Assembly: GCA_022821735.1 (NCBI GenBank)
Contig: JAJECZ010000372.1
Coordinates: 1-38,173 of the forward strand
Source: Alphaproteobacteria bacterium
GTDB lineage: Bacteria; Pseudomonadota; Alphaproteobacteria; Bin95
Reading direction: 5' to 3'
DNA length: 38,173 bases
The notes under the pieces are model-generated. The model saw nothing but the letters and a program-made list of their open reading frames with translations, was not told the origin of the DNA and ran no database searches. The translations under genes were made by a program, and so were the position numbers. Of the stretch, positions 15,960-24,857 are shown piece by piece (within the stretch, counting starts at the first letter, position 1; the number at the start of each line of letters is the position of its first letter).

Positions 15960-16899
15960 CATCCAGACGACGACTTCAGCACGGAAATCCGGACCCTAGT
16001 CCCAGACGTGGAGGTCGTCTCCGGATCTGGTCGGGGGTAGGCTGTCCTGGCGGGCGACCGGGCGCCAGTGTTCAAGGAGGGATGCGTCGCCAGGACGGCA
16101 GGGATCAGGTCCGGCGCGGAGCATATCCTTCGCGCGCCCGGCAAATCCGCATTTTGTCATGTTATGCCAATACCGAGAAATTTACTGTGATTTTACAGTA
16201 GGTTAATCATTTCGGGGTCAAGTCCGTCTTCATAGCGCAAGCGGATTCAATCCAATTACCGGCGCTGCTTGTCGCTATCGGTTACGTCAACCTGTGACAC
16301 CCAAGGTGGTCGACCGTCGCGGGCCGTCGCACAAAATCGTCGACCGACAGCTTGTGTCGGCATGAGGTGGTCTCGGCGCGACAGAGCACATCGTGTCATC
16401 CTTGCGGGGCCTATACTCCGTAAGAAAGCTGGACGGCTGCTCGGCACCTTGACCGCGAGCACACCGCAATCTGCGCTCATCTAGACGACACCGTCCTTTG
16501 CGACGTTGCCTCGCAGACGCCGGACGTCATCCGCTACCGATGAACTCGGCGGCTGCGCCGCCGCTGCCGCCGGAGGAGGCTAGCGAGACGGAGGCACCAA
16601 CCGGATCACCCAAGCTCCTGAGCCCTTGACCGCCGGCTCCACCAGAAGAGCCGTAGGAATCCCCCTTGCTCAGGTCACGAGACAATGCGGTGGGCAAGAC
16701 ACAGCCAACGTCCGAAGGAAGATTCCCTCTTACGGCCCAGTCGTGGAAATCGCCTGATCCCGCCGCGACAGATGCGATGCACCTGGACACCCTGACGGAC
16801 GAATCCACGCTCAAGCGGAGGGGTCTTCTCCCCCGCGACCCCAGGAGCACCGGGATCACCGTCGAGCACAGGACCATAGGAGCACCGGGAACACTACGA

Positions 16900-17234
16900 T
16901 CCCGTGGCAATCCCTTGATTTCCGGCCATTATTTCCGACTACGCATTCCAATTCATATCTTAGATTGACACTATATTTTTCCGACCCATGTATCAAATCG
17001 ATCTAATATAACCTCCGGCTGGAAAACCTATTTAGTATTAAGTCCTTGATTTACTGTATTTTTCCATTATGTTTTCCAGCAACGGACATTTGCAGCGGAT
17101 GTGTCGGTTCCAAACGGCCTATTCCGGTGCTCGGCACGGAGCGGAGCGAAGCACGTGCGGGCAAGATTGTTCCGCAGGGCCGGGCGTCCACACCCCGGCC
17201 CGATCTTTCGGCCAAACGCCAAGAGGAGCAAGAC
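16900..17234 (+). promoter_or_regulatory. AT-rich upstream region and leader of the nine-gene cluster.
   Basis: This is the most AT-rich stretch in the window. TTGACA lies at 16965-16970. CCTTGATTT occurs as a direct repeat at 16913-16921 and 17044-17052. A GC hairpin GGGCCGGG/CCCGGCCC lies at 17177-17184 and 17194-17201. The Shine-Dalgarno sequence AAGAGGAG is at 17221-17228. Confidence 0.4.
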
Positions 17235-17816
17235 ATGGCGACGGAAAGCAAGAAACGCCTCAGCAAGATCGCCCGCCAGAAGCTGCGCATGCGCGATACG
17301 CTGTGGCCCGAACTTGACGAGGCGCGATTGTGGTCGCGCGAGCGGTCGGACGGCTGGCTCAGCATGCCACGGCCGATGCCGCTGCTCATGAAGGTCATGG
17401 ACAGCCTGTCCAAGGGTAAGCCGGTTTCCTCGACCTATCTCGACCTCTGGTGCCGGACTTACGACGACTCCTTCGTTATCGCCAACAAGGACCGCGAGAT
17501 GGCGTACTTCTCAGGGTTCAGCGGCGAGCGGGCCGTACGCACTTGGACAATGCGCATGCGAACCCTCAATGACCTCGGCTTTATCGATATCAAGAGCGGT
17601 CCGAACGGGCCGATCAGCTACGTCCTGATTTTCAACCCCTACCTCGTCGTGCGCCAACTCTATGAAGCCGGCCAAATCAACGAAACTTTCTTCAACTCCC
17701 TCGCCCAGCGGATGATCGAGATCGGCGCTCACGACCTCAGCGACGCGCCTGACGAGGAAGAGGCGAAACCCCCATCCGTCCGACGCCGTCGCCGCGCCGG
17801 AAAGGCAACAGCATGA
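17235..17816 (+). CDS. Hypothetical protein, possible winged-helix DNA-binding protein (cluster gene A).
   Basis: The ATG at 17235 has a strong Shine-Dalgarno sequence, in frame within track ORF 17046-17816. The segment GERAVRTWTMRMRTLNDLGFIDIKSGPNGPISYVLIFNPY resembles a helix-turn-helix plus beta-wing. The tail is basic (RRRRRAGKA). Confidence 0.75.
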   Translation: MATESKKRLSKIARQKLRMRDTLWPELDEARLWSRERSDGWLSMPRPMPLLMKVMDSLSKGKPVSSTYLDLWCRTYDDSFVIANKDREMAYFSGFSGERAVRTWTMRMRTLNDLGFIDIKSGPNGPISYVLIFNPYLVVRQLYEAGQINETFFNSLAQRMIEIGAHDLSDAPDEEEAKPPSVRRRRRAGKATA

Positions 17817-18079
17817 GCACAGAAAACAAGGAATCGAGCGCCGAAACGGATGACGACAATCCGGCCGACGCGACCAATGGTGGAGAACCTGCCGCGCCGC
17901 AGACCAACTTTGACCGGCTGATCGCGCATCTGCCCGAGGACAGCCTCGCCGCGAAACTCGTGACCGCCTACGCGGCGTCAGGCGAGGCAGCACCCGCCGA
18001 TGCCATCGCAGAGGTCGCCGCAAACCGTCTCGATGAACTGAAGCAGAGCCATGACAACACTGAAGATCAACAAGATTGA
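17813..18079 (+). CDS. Very acidic small protein (cluster gene B).
   Basis: 88 aa with about 20 Asp/Glu versus 5 Lys/Arg. It has an ATGA overlap with gene A and a 29-nt overlap with gene C. Confidence 0.55.
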   Translation: MSTENKESSAETDDDNPADATNGGEPAAPQTNFDRLIAHLPEDSLAAKLVTAYAASGEAAPADAIAEVAANRLDELKQSHDNTEDQQD

Positions 18080-20576
18080 GGTGCAGGGCTTCCGGGCTTT
18101 CGGCCGGAAGGCACAGACGCTGTCCTTCGGCTCGTCACTGGCCGCCATCTGGGCACCGAACAGCCAGGGCAAGACCAGCCTTGCCGAGGCGTTCGAGTTC
18201 CTGCTGACCGGACAGATCGTCCGTCGCCAGCTCTTGGCCAGCACCCAGGACGAATTCGCTGACGCCCTGCGCAACGCCCATATGCCAGCCGCCATACCCA
18301 CATACGTCGAGGCGGAGATCACCGGCATTGACGGCCGGACGCACAACTTCAGGCGGACACTGATCTCGGACTACGCCAAGCGGAAAGACTGCCAGTCAGC
18401 CCTGCAGATCGACGGCGTGGAGGCTAATGAAAGCGATCTCGCCACCCTCGGTATCGTGCTCTCGCAACCGCCCCTCGCGGCGCCGGTCCTCGCTCAGCAC
18501 ACGCTCGGTTATCTCTTTTCCGCCCGGCCGCAGGACCGCGCCACGTATTTCAAGAGGATCCTTGAAGTCACGGATCTGGAAGAACTGCGAGGCGCGGTGG
18601 CGGGGCTCGACGCCGGGTTCAAGCCCGATGACGGCGACCGCCACTTAAGCCGGCTTGCTGCTGCCGCAGCCATCGAGAACGCGGAGCCACTTCTAGCACC
18701 CCTCGGTTCGGCTGTGCCGGCGCCTGCCGTTCTCGCCGCCGCGGTCGATGGGGCGATCACAGCCGTCCTGACCGCGGCCGAGCACCCATTGCCGGCAGTG
18801 CCCGCCGAGCGTCTGGTTGCGCTCGAAGGCTTGTTGCTGGAGCGACGGGCCAAGACATTCCCGGTTGACGGGTTCGCCAGGAGAGCGCTCGTCAACTGGA
18901 CCGAACCTGCCCAAGGAGAATGGGACACGCTCGATGTCTACCTAGCCGAGCGCGAAACGGTGGAGGAGGAGACGCGCCGTCTGATCGCGCTGTTCAGGGA
19001 GGCCTTGGCCATCCCCGCTGTCAATGCCGCGACGCAGCCCATCGACTGCCCACTGTGTGGTACGGAAGGCAGCCTGACGCCGGAGCGCATCGCCTTTATC
19101 CGCACCCGGGCGCATGAGACCGACGACTTCCAGACCGCTGAGGCGGCAGCGATTGACACCCTGCGCGCCCTGGCCGTATCCGCCCGTGGGTTCGATCGGG
19201 CGGCCGCTTCCGCCTGCCCTCGCTTCCTCACCATCAACTCAAGCGAGCGCCGGCAGGAAGGTTTCCGCGTGGAGCGCATCCGAACGTTGCTGGAACCGGA
19301 TGCCTCGGCCGTCATCGATGCTTGGCTGAAGGCGCTACGCAACCTCGCCCGCGCGCGGGCGACCATTGACGCCACCGCCAGCGCTCTCGCGGCGGAAGTC
19401 GAGGGCTACGCGGAGAAACCGGACACTCTGCGCGATCCGCAACCCTTGAGGACTGGCTTTGGGAACGTCGCAACTGCTTACTCCAATTTCGCGATCCAGC
19501 TGGAGCTCTACGCCGATGCGGAAACAGCCCTCCTGGAAAGGCTTACGGTCGTCATCGACGCCGCCAGCGACACCAGCGGCTGGCAGGAGCTCATCGATCT
19601 CGCCGGCGATCAGGGCGCGCTTCGCGCGAGCCTGATCGAGCGCCAGGCCCGGGCTGACATGCATGGGGAGCTGAATTCGGCGCTGCGCCAGATCGACAAA
19701 GGCAACGAGAAGGTTCTGGAGGACAAATTTGCGAATCTGAGCGGCAGCATCCAACACTGGTGGGACCTGCTCCGCCCCGACGAACCAACATTCTTCTCCG
19801 CAGTCAAACCCCGCAAAGGCGCACGGCGCACCGTCGACTTCAAGGCCGGCCTGTCCCTTGACGCCGACCGAACTGCTCCGAAGTTGCGCGACGTCATCGC
19901 CGTATTCAGCCAGTCGCAGCTTCACTGCCTGGGCCTCGCACTGTTCATCGCCCGCGCACTGCACGAGGGTGCCGGCTTCATGGTGCTGGACGATCCGATC
20001 TTGGCGAGCGATGAAGATTACCGGGCCTATTTCAAAACTGACGTCTTGGAGGAACTGACCGGCGCCGGAATCCAGACAATCGTCCTCACCCAGGACCAGA
20101 AGACATGGAAGGACCTGGAGCATCGATATCTGCACAAGAACATCGACATGTTCCAGTTGGCCCTTACCGACCGGGCCGACGGCACAGCGGTCACCAATAC
20201 AGGCGATGACCTCATGGCGATGCTTGCCCGTGCCGACGTGCTAGCACGGGGCGATCACATCGAGCTTCGCAAGCAGGCGGGTGAATTGCTGCGCAATGCC
20301 GCCGAGCGTTTCTGCAAGGAAATGCTGGTCAGGGACCGGTGGGCCAAGGGCGACAGCGCCGCCGCGCTTAGCGACCATGATGGCAAGAATCTCGGGCAAC
20401 TCGAACCCAAGGTGGAGCCGCTGCTCACGGCCGACCCGTCGCATCCCGGAAAGCTTCGCTCGGTCGGGAGCCAGCTCAACCCCGCCAAGCACGACGATGA
20501 CACGCCGGACCGGGGCACCATCAAGGTCGCCCTCGGCGACTTGAAGTTTCTCAAGAAGCAGTACCTGCCCACATAG
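18051..20576 (+). CDS. SMC/Rad50/DndD-like ABC ATPase with a long helical insert and a CxxC hook (cluster gene C).
   Basis: 841 aa. The N-terminus is KIEVQGFRAFG with Walker A APNSQGKTS at 18150-18179. A mid-protein CPLCG lies at 19047-19058. The signature-like motif is FSQSQLHCLGLALFIA, Walker B is FMVLDDPILASD, and a ~190-aa C-terminal extension follows. Confidence 0.88.
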   Translation: MTTLKINKIEVQGFRAFGRKAQTLSFGSSLAAIWAPNSQGKTSLAEAFEFLLTGQIVRRQLLASTQDEFADALRNAHMPAAIPTYVEAEITGIDGRTHNFRRTLISDYAKRKDCQSALQIDGVEANESDLATLGIVLSQPPLAAPVLAQHTLGYLFSARPQDRATYFKRILEVTDLEELRGAVAGLDAGFKPDDGDRHLSRLAAAAAIENAEPLLAPLGSAVPAPAVLAAAVDGAITAVLTAAEHPLPAVPAERLVALEGLLLERRAKTFPVDGFARRALVNWTEPAQGEWDTLDVYLAERETVEEETRRLIALFREALAIPAVNAATQPIDCPLCGTEGSLTPERIAFIRTRAHETDDFQTAEAAAIDTLRALAVSARGFDRAAASACPRFLTINSSERRQEGFRVERIRTLLEPDASAVIDAWLKALRNLARARATIDATASALAAEVEGYAEKPDTLRDPQPLRTGFGNVATAYSNFAIQLELYADAETALLERLTVVIDAASDTSGWQELIDLAGDQGALRASLIERQARADMHGELNSALRQIDKGNEKVLEDKFANLSGSIQHWWDLLRPDEPTFFSAVKPRKGARRTVDFKAGLSLDADRTAPKLRDVIAVFSQSQLHCLGLALFIARALHEGAGFMVLDDPILASDEDYRAYFKTDVLEELTGAGIQTIVLTQDQKTWKDLEHRYLHKNIDMFQLALTDRADGTAVTNTGDDLMAMLARADVLARGDHIELRKQAGELLRNAAERFCKEMLVRDRWAKGDSAAALSDHDGKNLGQLEPKVEPLLTADPSHPGKLRSVGSQLNPAKHDDDTPDRGTIKVALGDLKFLKKQYLPT

Positions 20577-20859
20577 ACGTTTCCCGTCGACTTCCGCCTT
20601 CCGGCAAATGTCCTCTGCGATCTGCCGGTGCTTCTTGTCCGCCGTCAACCCGTCCGGCACTCTCCCGAGGACGTAATCCTCACACCCCGACCCCGCCCAC
20701 CATCACCAGCATGCCCTGCAGCGGTTCCAGCCCAACCCAATCCGCAGTCCCCAGCGGGGTATCGCCGCATTCACCCTATCCGATGGCACGGCAGCTACAT
20801 CGTGCAAGACACTTCCCAGCCCTGTATATGGACTATGGTCCGAATTCGGAGATTGATTG

Positions 20860-21876
20860 ATGGTCGCTGTAAAGCTTGTCGACATCAACCGCATTGTCCT
20901 CGATACCGAGAATCCCCGCATTAAGCATTTCATGGAGATGTACGACGAAGTCACAGACGTCGCCATGAAGCTGGCCCTGGGTGCCGGCGGCGATTCGGAC
21001 GACGAGGCGACCGCCCAAGACAAATATCGCCAGCTCAAACGTGCGATCAAGGAAACCGGCGGCGTCGTTCAGCCCATCATACTGAAAGACGACAACGACG
21101 GAACGTATCTTTGTATCGAAGGCAACACCCGAGTCGCCATCTACCGCGAGCTTGGCGAAGAATCTGCGCCAGGTGACTGGAACCAGATTCTGGCAATTGT
21201 CCATGACGAACTCACAGAACAGCAGGCCCACGAGATTCGCCTTCAAGTCCATCTTGTTGGCCCCCGCTCCTGGACACCCTACGCCAAGGGAAAATACCTT
21301 TACGAGCTCTGGCACCAGGACAAGATGCCCATGACAGAAATCCTCAGGGTCTGCGGCGGAACCGAAAAAGCCGTACAGACAGAAATAGCTGCGTTCGAAG
21401 ACATGGAGTCCTATTACCGACCAGTCGCCGAAGCAGACGGCTCTGAAATGTTCGATTACTCCCGGTTCAGTGCCTTTCGGGAACTGCAGCGAGTCAAGAA
21501 CAGCATCTACGAAGCGGGGAAATCTGAACAGGACTTCGCGGAGTGGGTTCACAAGGGGTTGCTTCGTCCCCAAGAAAGAGTTCGCGACCTACCACAGATT
21601 CTGAAGGATACGGAAGCAACACGGATTCTCCTCAAATCGGGCGCAAAAGAGGCCGTGCGATACCTCATATTGAAGGAGAGCGAGAGCGAATCGGTTACGT
21701 CGTTGCGCGATGCATCGATCGTCGAACTGGCTGCGGCACTTCGCCGGCGAGTCGAACGCCTGTCCTTCGACGAGTCCGTGCAAATCGCTACCTCGCCAGT
21801 ATCCCCCGAAATGCTAGAGCTCGATGCCTTGCGGCGAAGCATCGACACCCTGGCGGAAACGGCAGAGGAGGAATAG
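20860..21876 (+). CDS. ParB/Srx-fold N-terminal domain protein with HTH (cluster gene D, ParB-like 1).
   Basis: ENPRI lies at 20908-20922 and IEGNTRVAIY at 21115-21144 (EGNTR at 21118-21132). An HTH-like segment MTEILRVCGGTEKAVQTEIAAF lies downstream. The ATG at 20860 follows GGAG. Confidence 0.82.
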   Translation: MVAVKLVDINRIVLDTENPRIKHFMEMYDEVTDVAMKLALGAGGDSDDEATAQDKYRQLKRAIKETGGVVQPIILKDDNDGTYLCIEGNTRVAIYRELGEESAPGDWNQILAIVHDELTEQQAHEIRLQVHLVGPRSWTPYAKGKYLYELWHQDKMPMTEILRVCGGTEKAVQTEIAAFEDMESYYRPVAEADGSEMFDYSRFSAFRELQRVKNSIYEAGKSEQDFAEWVHKGLLRPQERVRDLPQILKDTEATRILLKSGAKEAVRYLILKESESESVTSLRDASIVELAAALRRRVERLSFDESVQIATSPVSPEMLELDALRRSIDTLAETAEEE

Positions 21877-21882
21877 CCACCT

Positions 21883-22308
21883 GTGGCGGAAGGCCCGGTT
21901 CACAGAGCGCTCGTGCATCGGTTGGAGATGGCCGTTTCCGCCGCTCTAGGCCCGACGGCGCAGGGCATCGTCGACCGCGATGGCGGATATCGAGATCCCA
22001 CGTGGATGATCGGCGGCGCGTTTCCGGACGTCCGCGCTTTCGGGCGGGGGTTCGAGATCATCGGCGAAGCCAAACCTCCAAACGACCTGGAAACCCCCAG
22101 GTCTCAGCGACAGATCGCGAAATTCGTGAGATATGTTGAGCAGCTAACCAACGCCCACCTCGTCTTGTCGGTTCAATGGCACAGCACGCCGACTGCATGG
22201 AACCTGTTGCGACGCTCTGCGAGTGACTGGCGCGTCGTGCGAAGCAAGGTCCATGTCCTCAACGGCCTCTCCGACTTGTCCCTCCGGACACACGCCGGTC
22301 ACGCATGA
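21883..22308 (+). CDS. Small putative PD-(D/E)xK nuclease-fold protein (cluster gene E).
   Basis: 141 aa with a GTG start 6 nt after gene D. The motif is FPDV (D at 22027-22029) then EIIGEAK (K at 22072-22074). It has an ATGA overlap with the SNF2 gene. Confidence 0.6.
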   Translation: MAEGPVHRALVHRLEMAVSAALGPTAQGIVDRDGGYRDPTWMIGGAFPDVRAFGRGFEIIGEAKPPNDLETPRSQRQIAKFVRYVEQLTNAHLVLSVQWHSTPTAWNLLRRSASDWRVVRSKVHVLNGLSDLSLRTHAGHA

Positions 22309-23762
22309 AGACTCGGTTCACTCCCCGTCTCGAGGCCAAGCACCGCCCGCTGTCCCACCAGATGGAAGCCTTGCACGTAGTGCGTGACCTAGAATTCGCT
22401 GCACTTTTTCACGAGCAGGGCCTCGGCAAGACCAAAATCGGTCTGGACCTCATTCTTTACTGGCTGGCGACGTCGGTCGCCGATTCCGTGGTCGTCGTGA
22501 CAAAAAAGCTCCTGGTACCCAACTGGGTCCGCGAAACAGACGCCCACACTCACCTGCGGCCCGTCGTGCTCGGCCAAAACAAGCGAGCGAACTACTGGGC
22601 CTTCAATACCCCCGCCCGGCTCTATCTAGCTCACTATGAAGTTATGCACACCGAGCGCACGCGGCTCTCCATGTTCGCCGACTCGCGGCGCCTGGCGGTA
22701 ATTCTCGACGAGGCGCAGCGCATTAAGAACCCCAACACCGCCCCTGCGAAGGCACTGCATTCCTTGGCTCACAAGCTTGTGCGCCGTGTCATCATGACGG
22801 GCACACCGGTCGCGAACCGGCCCTACGATATCTGGTCACAGGTCTACTTCCTCGACCAGGGACGAGCGCTCGGCACTTCGTTTTCTGCGTTCCAGAACAA
22901 TGCCGACCTAACACGCTCGGTCGCCGAACAACCTGAGTCGGCGCGTGCCTTCGAAAACAAGATCGCCGATGTCCCTGCCAAAATTCGGTCCTTCTCTGTG
23001 CGCGAGACCAAAGACAGCGCCGAACTCACGCTGCCGGAGAAAACCGTCAGGGACACTCCCGCCGGGATGGAGGAGGCGCAGAGGGCGCTTTACCAGCGCT
23101 ACAAGAGCCAGTTGCGGGCCGAGGTGCAACGGGACGGCGTCAAGACGCTCGACGATGCCGACCGTGTCCTCAAACGCCTCCTTCGCCTTGTCCAGGTCGC
23201 GTCCAACCCAGGACTGGTCGACGAGACCTATGGACATGAACCCGGCAAGCTAACGGTGTTAGACCGAATCCTTAGCAAGCACGAACCGGACCAGGCGAAG
23301 AAGATTGTCTGGACGGCATTCACGGACAATGTCGAATTGATCGCCCGCCGGTATCCGGAGCGCCGGCCTGCCCGCATCCACGGCCGCCGCACGATAGCCG
23401 ACCGCAATTCCGACATAGTTCGCTTCCTTGAGGAAGACAACTGCACCCTGCTCGTCGCCACACCGGGCTCGGCCAAGGAAGGTCTGACCCTCACCGTCTC
23501 GGACCATGCCATTTTCTTCGACCGATCCTTCAGTCTGGATGACTATCTGCAAGCTCAGGACCGCATTCACCGGATCTCCCAAACCCGTGAATGCGTGATC
23601 GAGAACCTGATCGCAACCGACACTGTGGACGAGTGGGTCAGCGCCCTACTGTCGGCGAAGGAGCTGGCAGCTGCCCTTGCACAGGGTGACCTCAGCCTTC
23701 CCGAGTACCGCGACCACGCCACTTACGACTTCGCGCGGACACTCGACGCGGTGCTCGCATGA
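22305..23762 (+). CDS. SNF2-family helicase/translocase, core only (cluster gene F).
   Basis: 485 aa. Motif I GLGKT lies at 22419-22433 and motif II DEAQ at 22707-22718. Motif III is MTGTPVANR and motif VI is QAQDRIHRISQ. Confidence 0.92.
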   Translation: MKTRFTPRLEAKHRPLSHQMEALHVVRDLEFAALFHEQGLGKTKIGLDLILYWLATSVADSVVVVTKKLLVPNWVRETDAHTHLRPVVLGQNKRANYWAFNTPARLYLAHYEVMHTERTRLSMFADSRRLAVILDEAQRIKNPNTAPAKALHSLAHKLVRRVIMTGTPVANRPYDIWSQVYFLDQGRALGTSFSAFQNNADLTRSVAEQPESARAFENKIADVPAKIRSFSVRETKDSAELTLPEKTVRDTPAGMEEAQRALYQRYKSQLRAEVQRDGVKTLDDADRVLKRLLRLVQVASNPGLVDETYGHEPGKLTVLDRILSKHEPDQAKKIVWTAFTDNVELIARRYPERRPARIHGRRTIADRNSDIVRFLEEDNCTLLVATPGSAKEGLTLTVSDHAIFFDRSFSLDDYLQAQDRIHRISQTRECVIENLIATDTVDEWVSALLSAKELAAALAQGDLSLPEYRDHATYDFARTLDAVLA

Positions 23763-23798
23763 ACGTCTGCTGCAACCACATTTTCAGGGGCTCATTGG

Positions 23799-24854
23799 AT
23801 GACTGAATACTATCGTATCGGTAAGTCGCAGATCCCGTACAGGCTCGAGGCCATTCCCATCGAGAGTGTAGCTTTCTACGCTGAGAATCCTCGAATCTAC
23901 TCCCAATTTTCTGCGACGGAGGAGCGCACCCAAGAGGCAATCCAAAAAAAGCTCGAAGCGATGGAACATGTGAAGACACTTCGTGCGCAAATTCATCGCG
24001 ATCAACAGGTCAATGAACCACTGTGGTGCATGCCGGTAGACCAAGACTCTCCATTGAGCGCCAGTTACGACTTCATAACGCTCGAAGGAAACAGTCGCCT
24101 CGCAGCGTTGAGAATGGAAACCAGAACACCCCCTCCTGTGACGACCGTGCCGTGCAACATTCTTGATCTCTCCTCCCTGACGGCCGTTCAACGCGAATCA
24201 TTCATCTTCAGTCTTCTCGGCCGCATTCACATCACGGGCAAGACCAACTGGCAAACCTACGAGAATGCTGCATACATCTACCGGAGATACAGATATCAGG
24301 GAGTATCCGCAGAAGATCTGGCCAAGGAATTGGTCGGCCTGACGCCCGCTAAAGTAAGCAATACCGTCAAGGCCTACGAACTGATGTCACAAAATGAGGA
24401 CACGAAGCCCGACCATTGGAGCTACTATGACGTCCTCGTCTCCGGTCGAAAGTGGCCCAAGCTTCGCGACACCTATCCTTCTCTTGATGCCATTCTGCTT
24501 CCCATGATTCGCAATGAGGAATTTCAGAGGGCGCAAGACATGCGCGACAAGATTCCCGTGATCATGCACAACAAACAGGCTCGCAGGCGGTTTCTGGAGG
24601 GCGACAGCGAGGAGCGTTTCGTTCATGCGCTGGAGATCGCTGAATTTGGCGGTGGAAGTAACACGGTACTTCGAAGGCTCGAGGCCTTTCAGCGTTTCCT
24701 GACGCAGGATGAGAACGAAGACGCCATCAAACAGCTCCTGGACGCTCAAGGAACGAAGGGCAAGGCGAAGTTCGCTCTCGACAAGATCTATGACGTGATG
24801 GCGCGTCTATCGCCTAAGGCTCAGAGACTCGCCGAACGCCGAAAGGGGCGCTGA
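23799..24854 (+). CDS. ParB/Srx-fold N-terminal domain protein with HTH (cluster gene G, ParB-like 2).
   Basis: ENPRI lies at 23883-23897 and LEGNSRLAAL at 24081-24110 (EGNSR at 24084-24098). The HTH-like segment is VSAEDLAKELVGLTPAKVSNTVKAY. It is a paralog of gene D. Confidence 0.82.
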   Translation: MTEYYRIGKSQIPYRLEAIPIESVAFYAENPRIYSQFSATEERTQEAIQKKLEAMEHVKTLRAQIHRDQQVNEPLWCMPVDQDSPLSASYDFITLEGNSRLAALRMETRTPPPVTTVPCNILDLSSLTAVQRESFIFSLLGRIHITGKTNWQTYENAAYIYRRYRYQGVSAEDLAKELVGLTPAKVSNTVKAYELMSQNEDTKPDHWSYYDVLVSGRKWPKLRDTYPSLDAILLPMIRNEEFQRAQDMRDKIPVIMHNKQARRRFLEGDSEERFVHALEIAEFGGGSNTVLRRLEAFQRFLTQDENEDAIKQLLDAQGTKGKAKFALDKIYDVMARLSPKAQRLAERRKGR

Positions 24855-24857
24855 GCG

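Noticed and set aside
16527-16910. 127-aa ORF with a Gly/Ser-rich C-terminal tail, considered as a microcin- or bacteriocin-like peptide.
   Set aside because: It has no convincing start or Shine-Dalgarno sequence, no leader or double-glycine cleavage motif, and no adjacent maturation/export genes. I kept it only as a remark in a finding.
20577-20859. Gap between the SMC-like gene and ParB-like 1, including the start of minus-strand ORF 20241-20660, considered as a hidden gene or ncRNA.
   Set aside because: The minus ORF is mostly antisense to the SMC-like gene and has an in-frame stop just upstream at 20703-20705. I saw no structure or repeat, so it is most simply an internal promoter or spacer.
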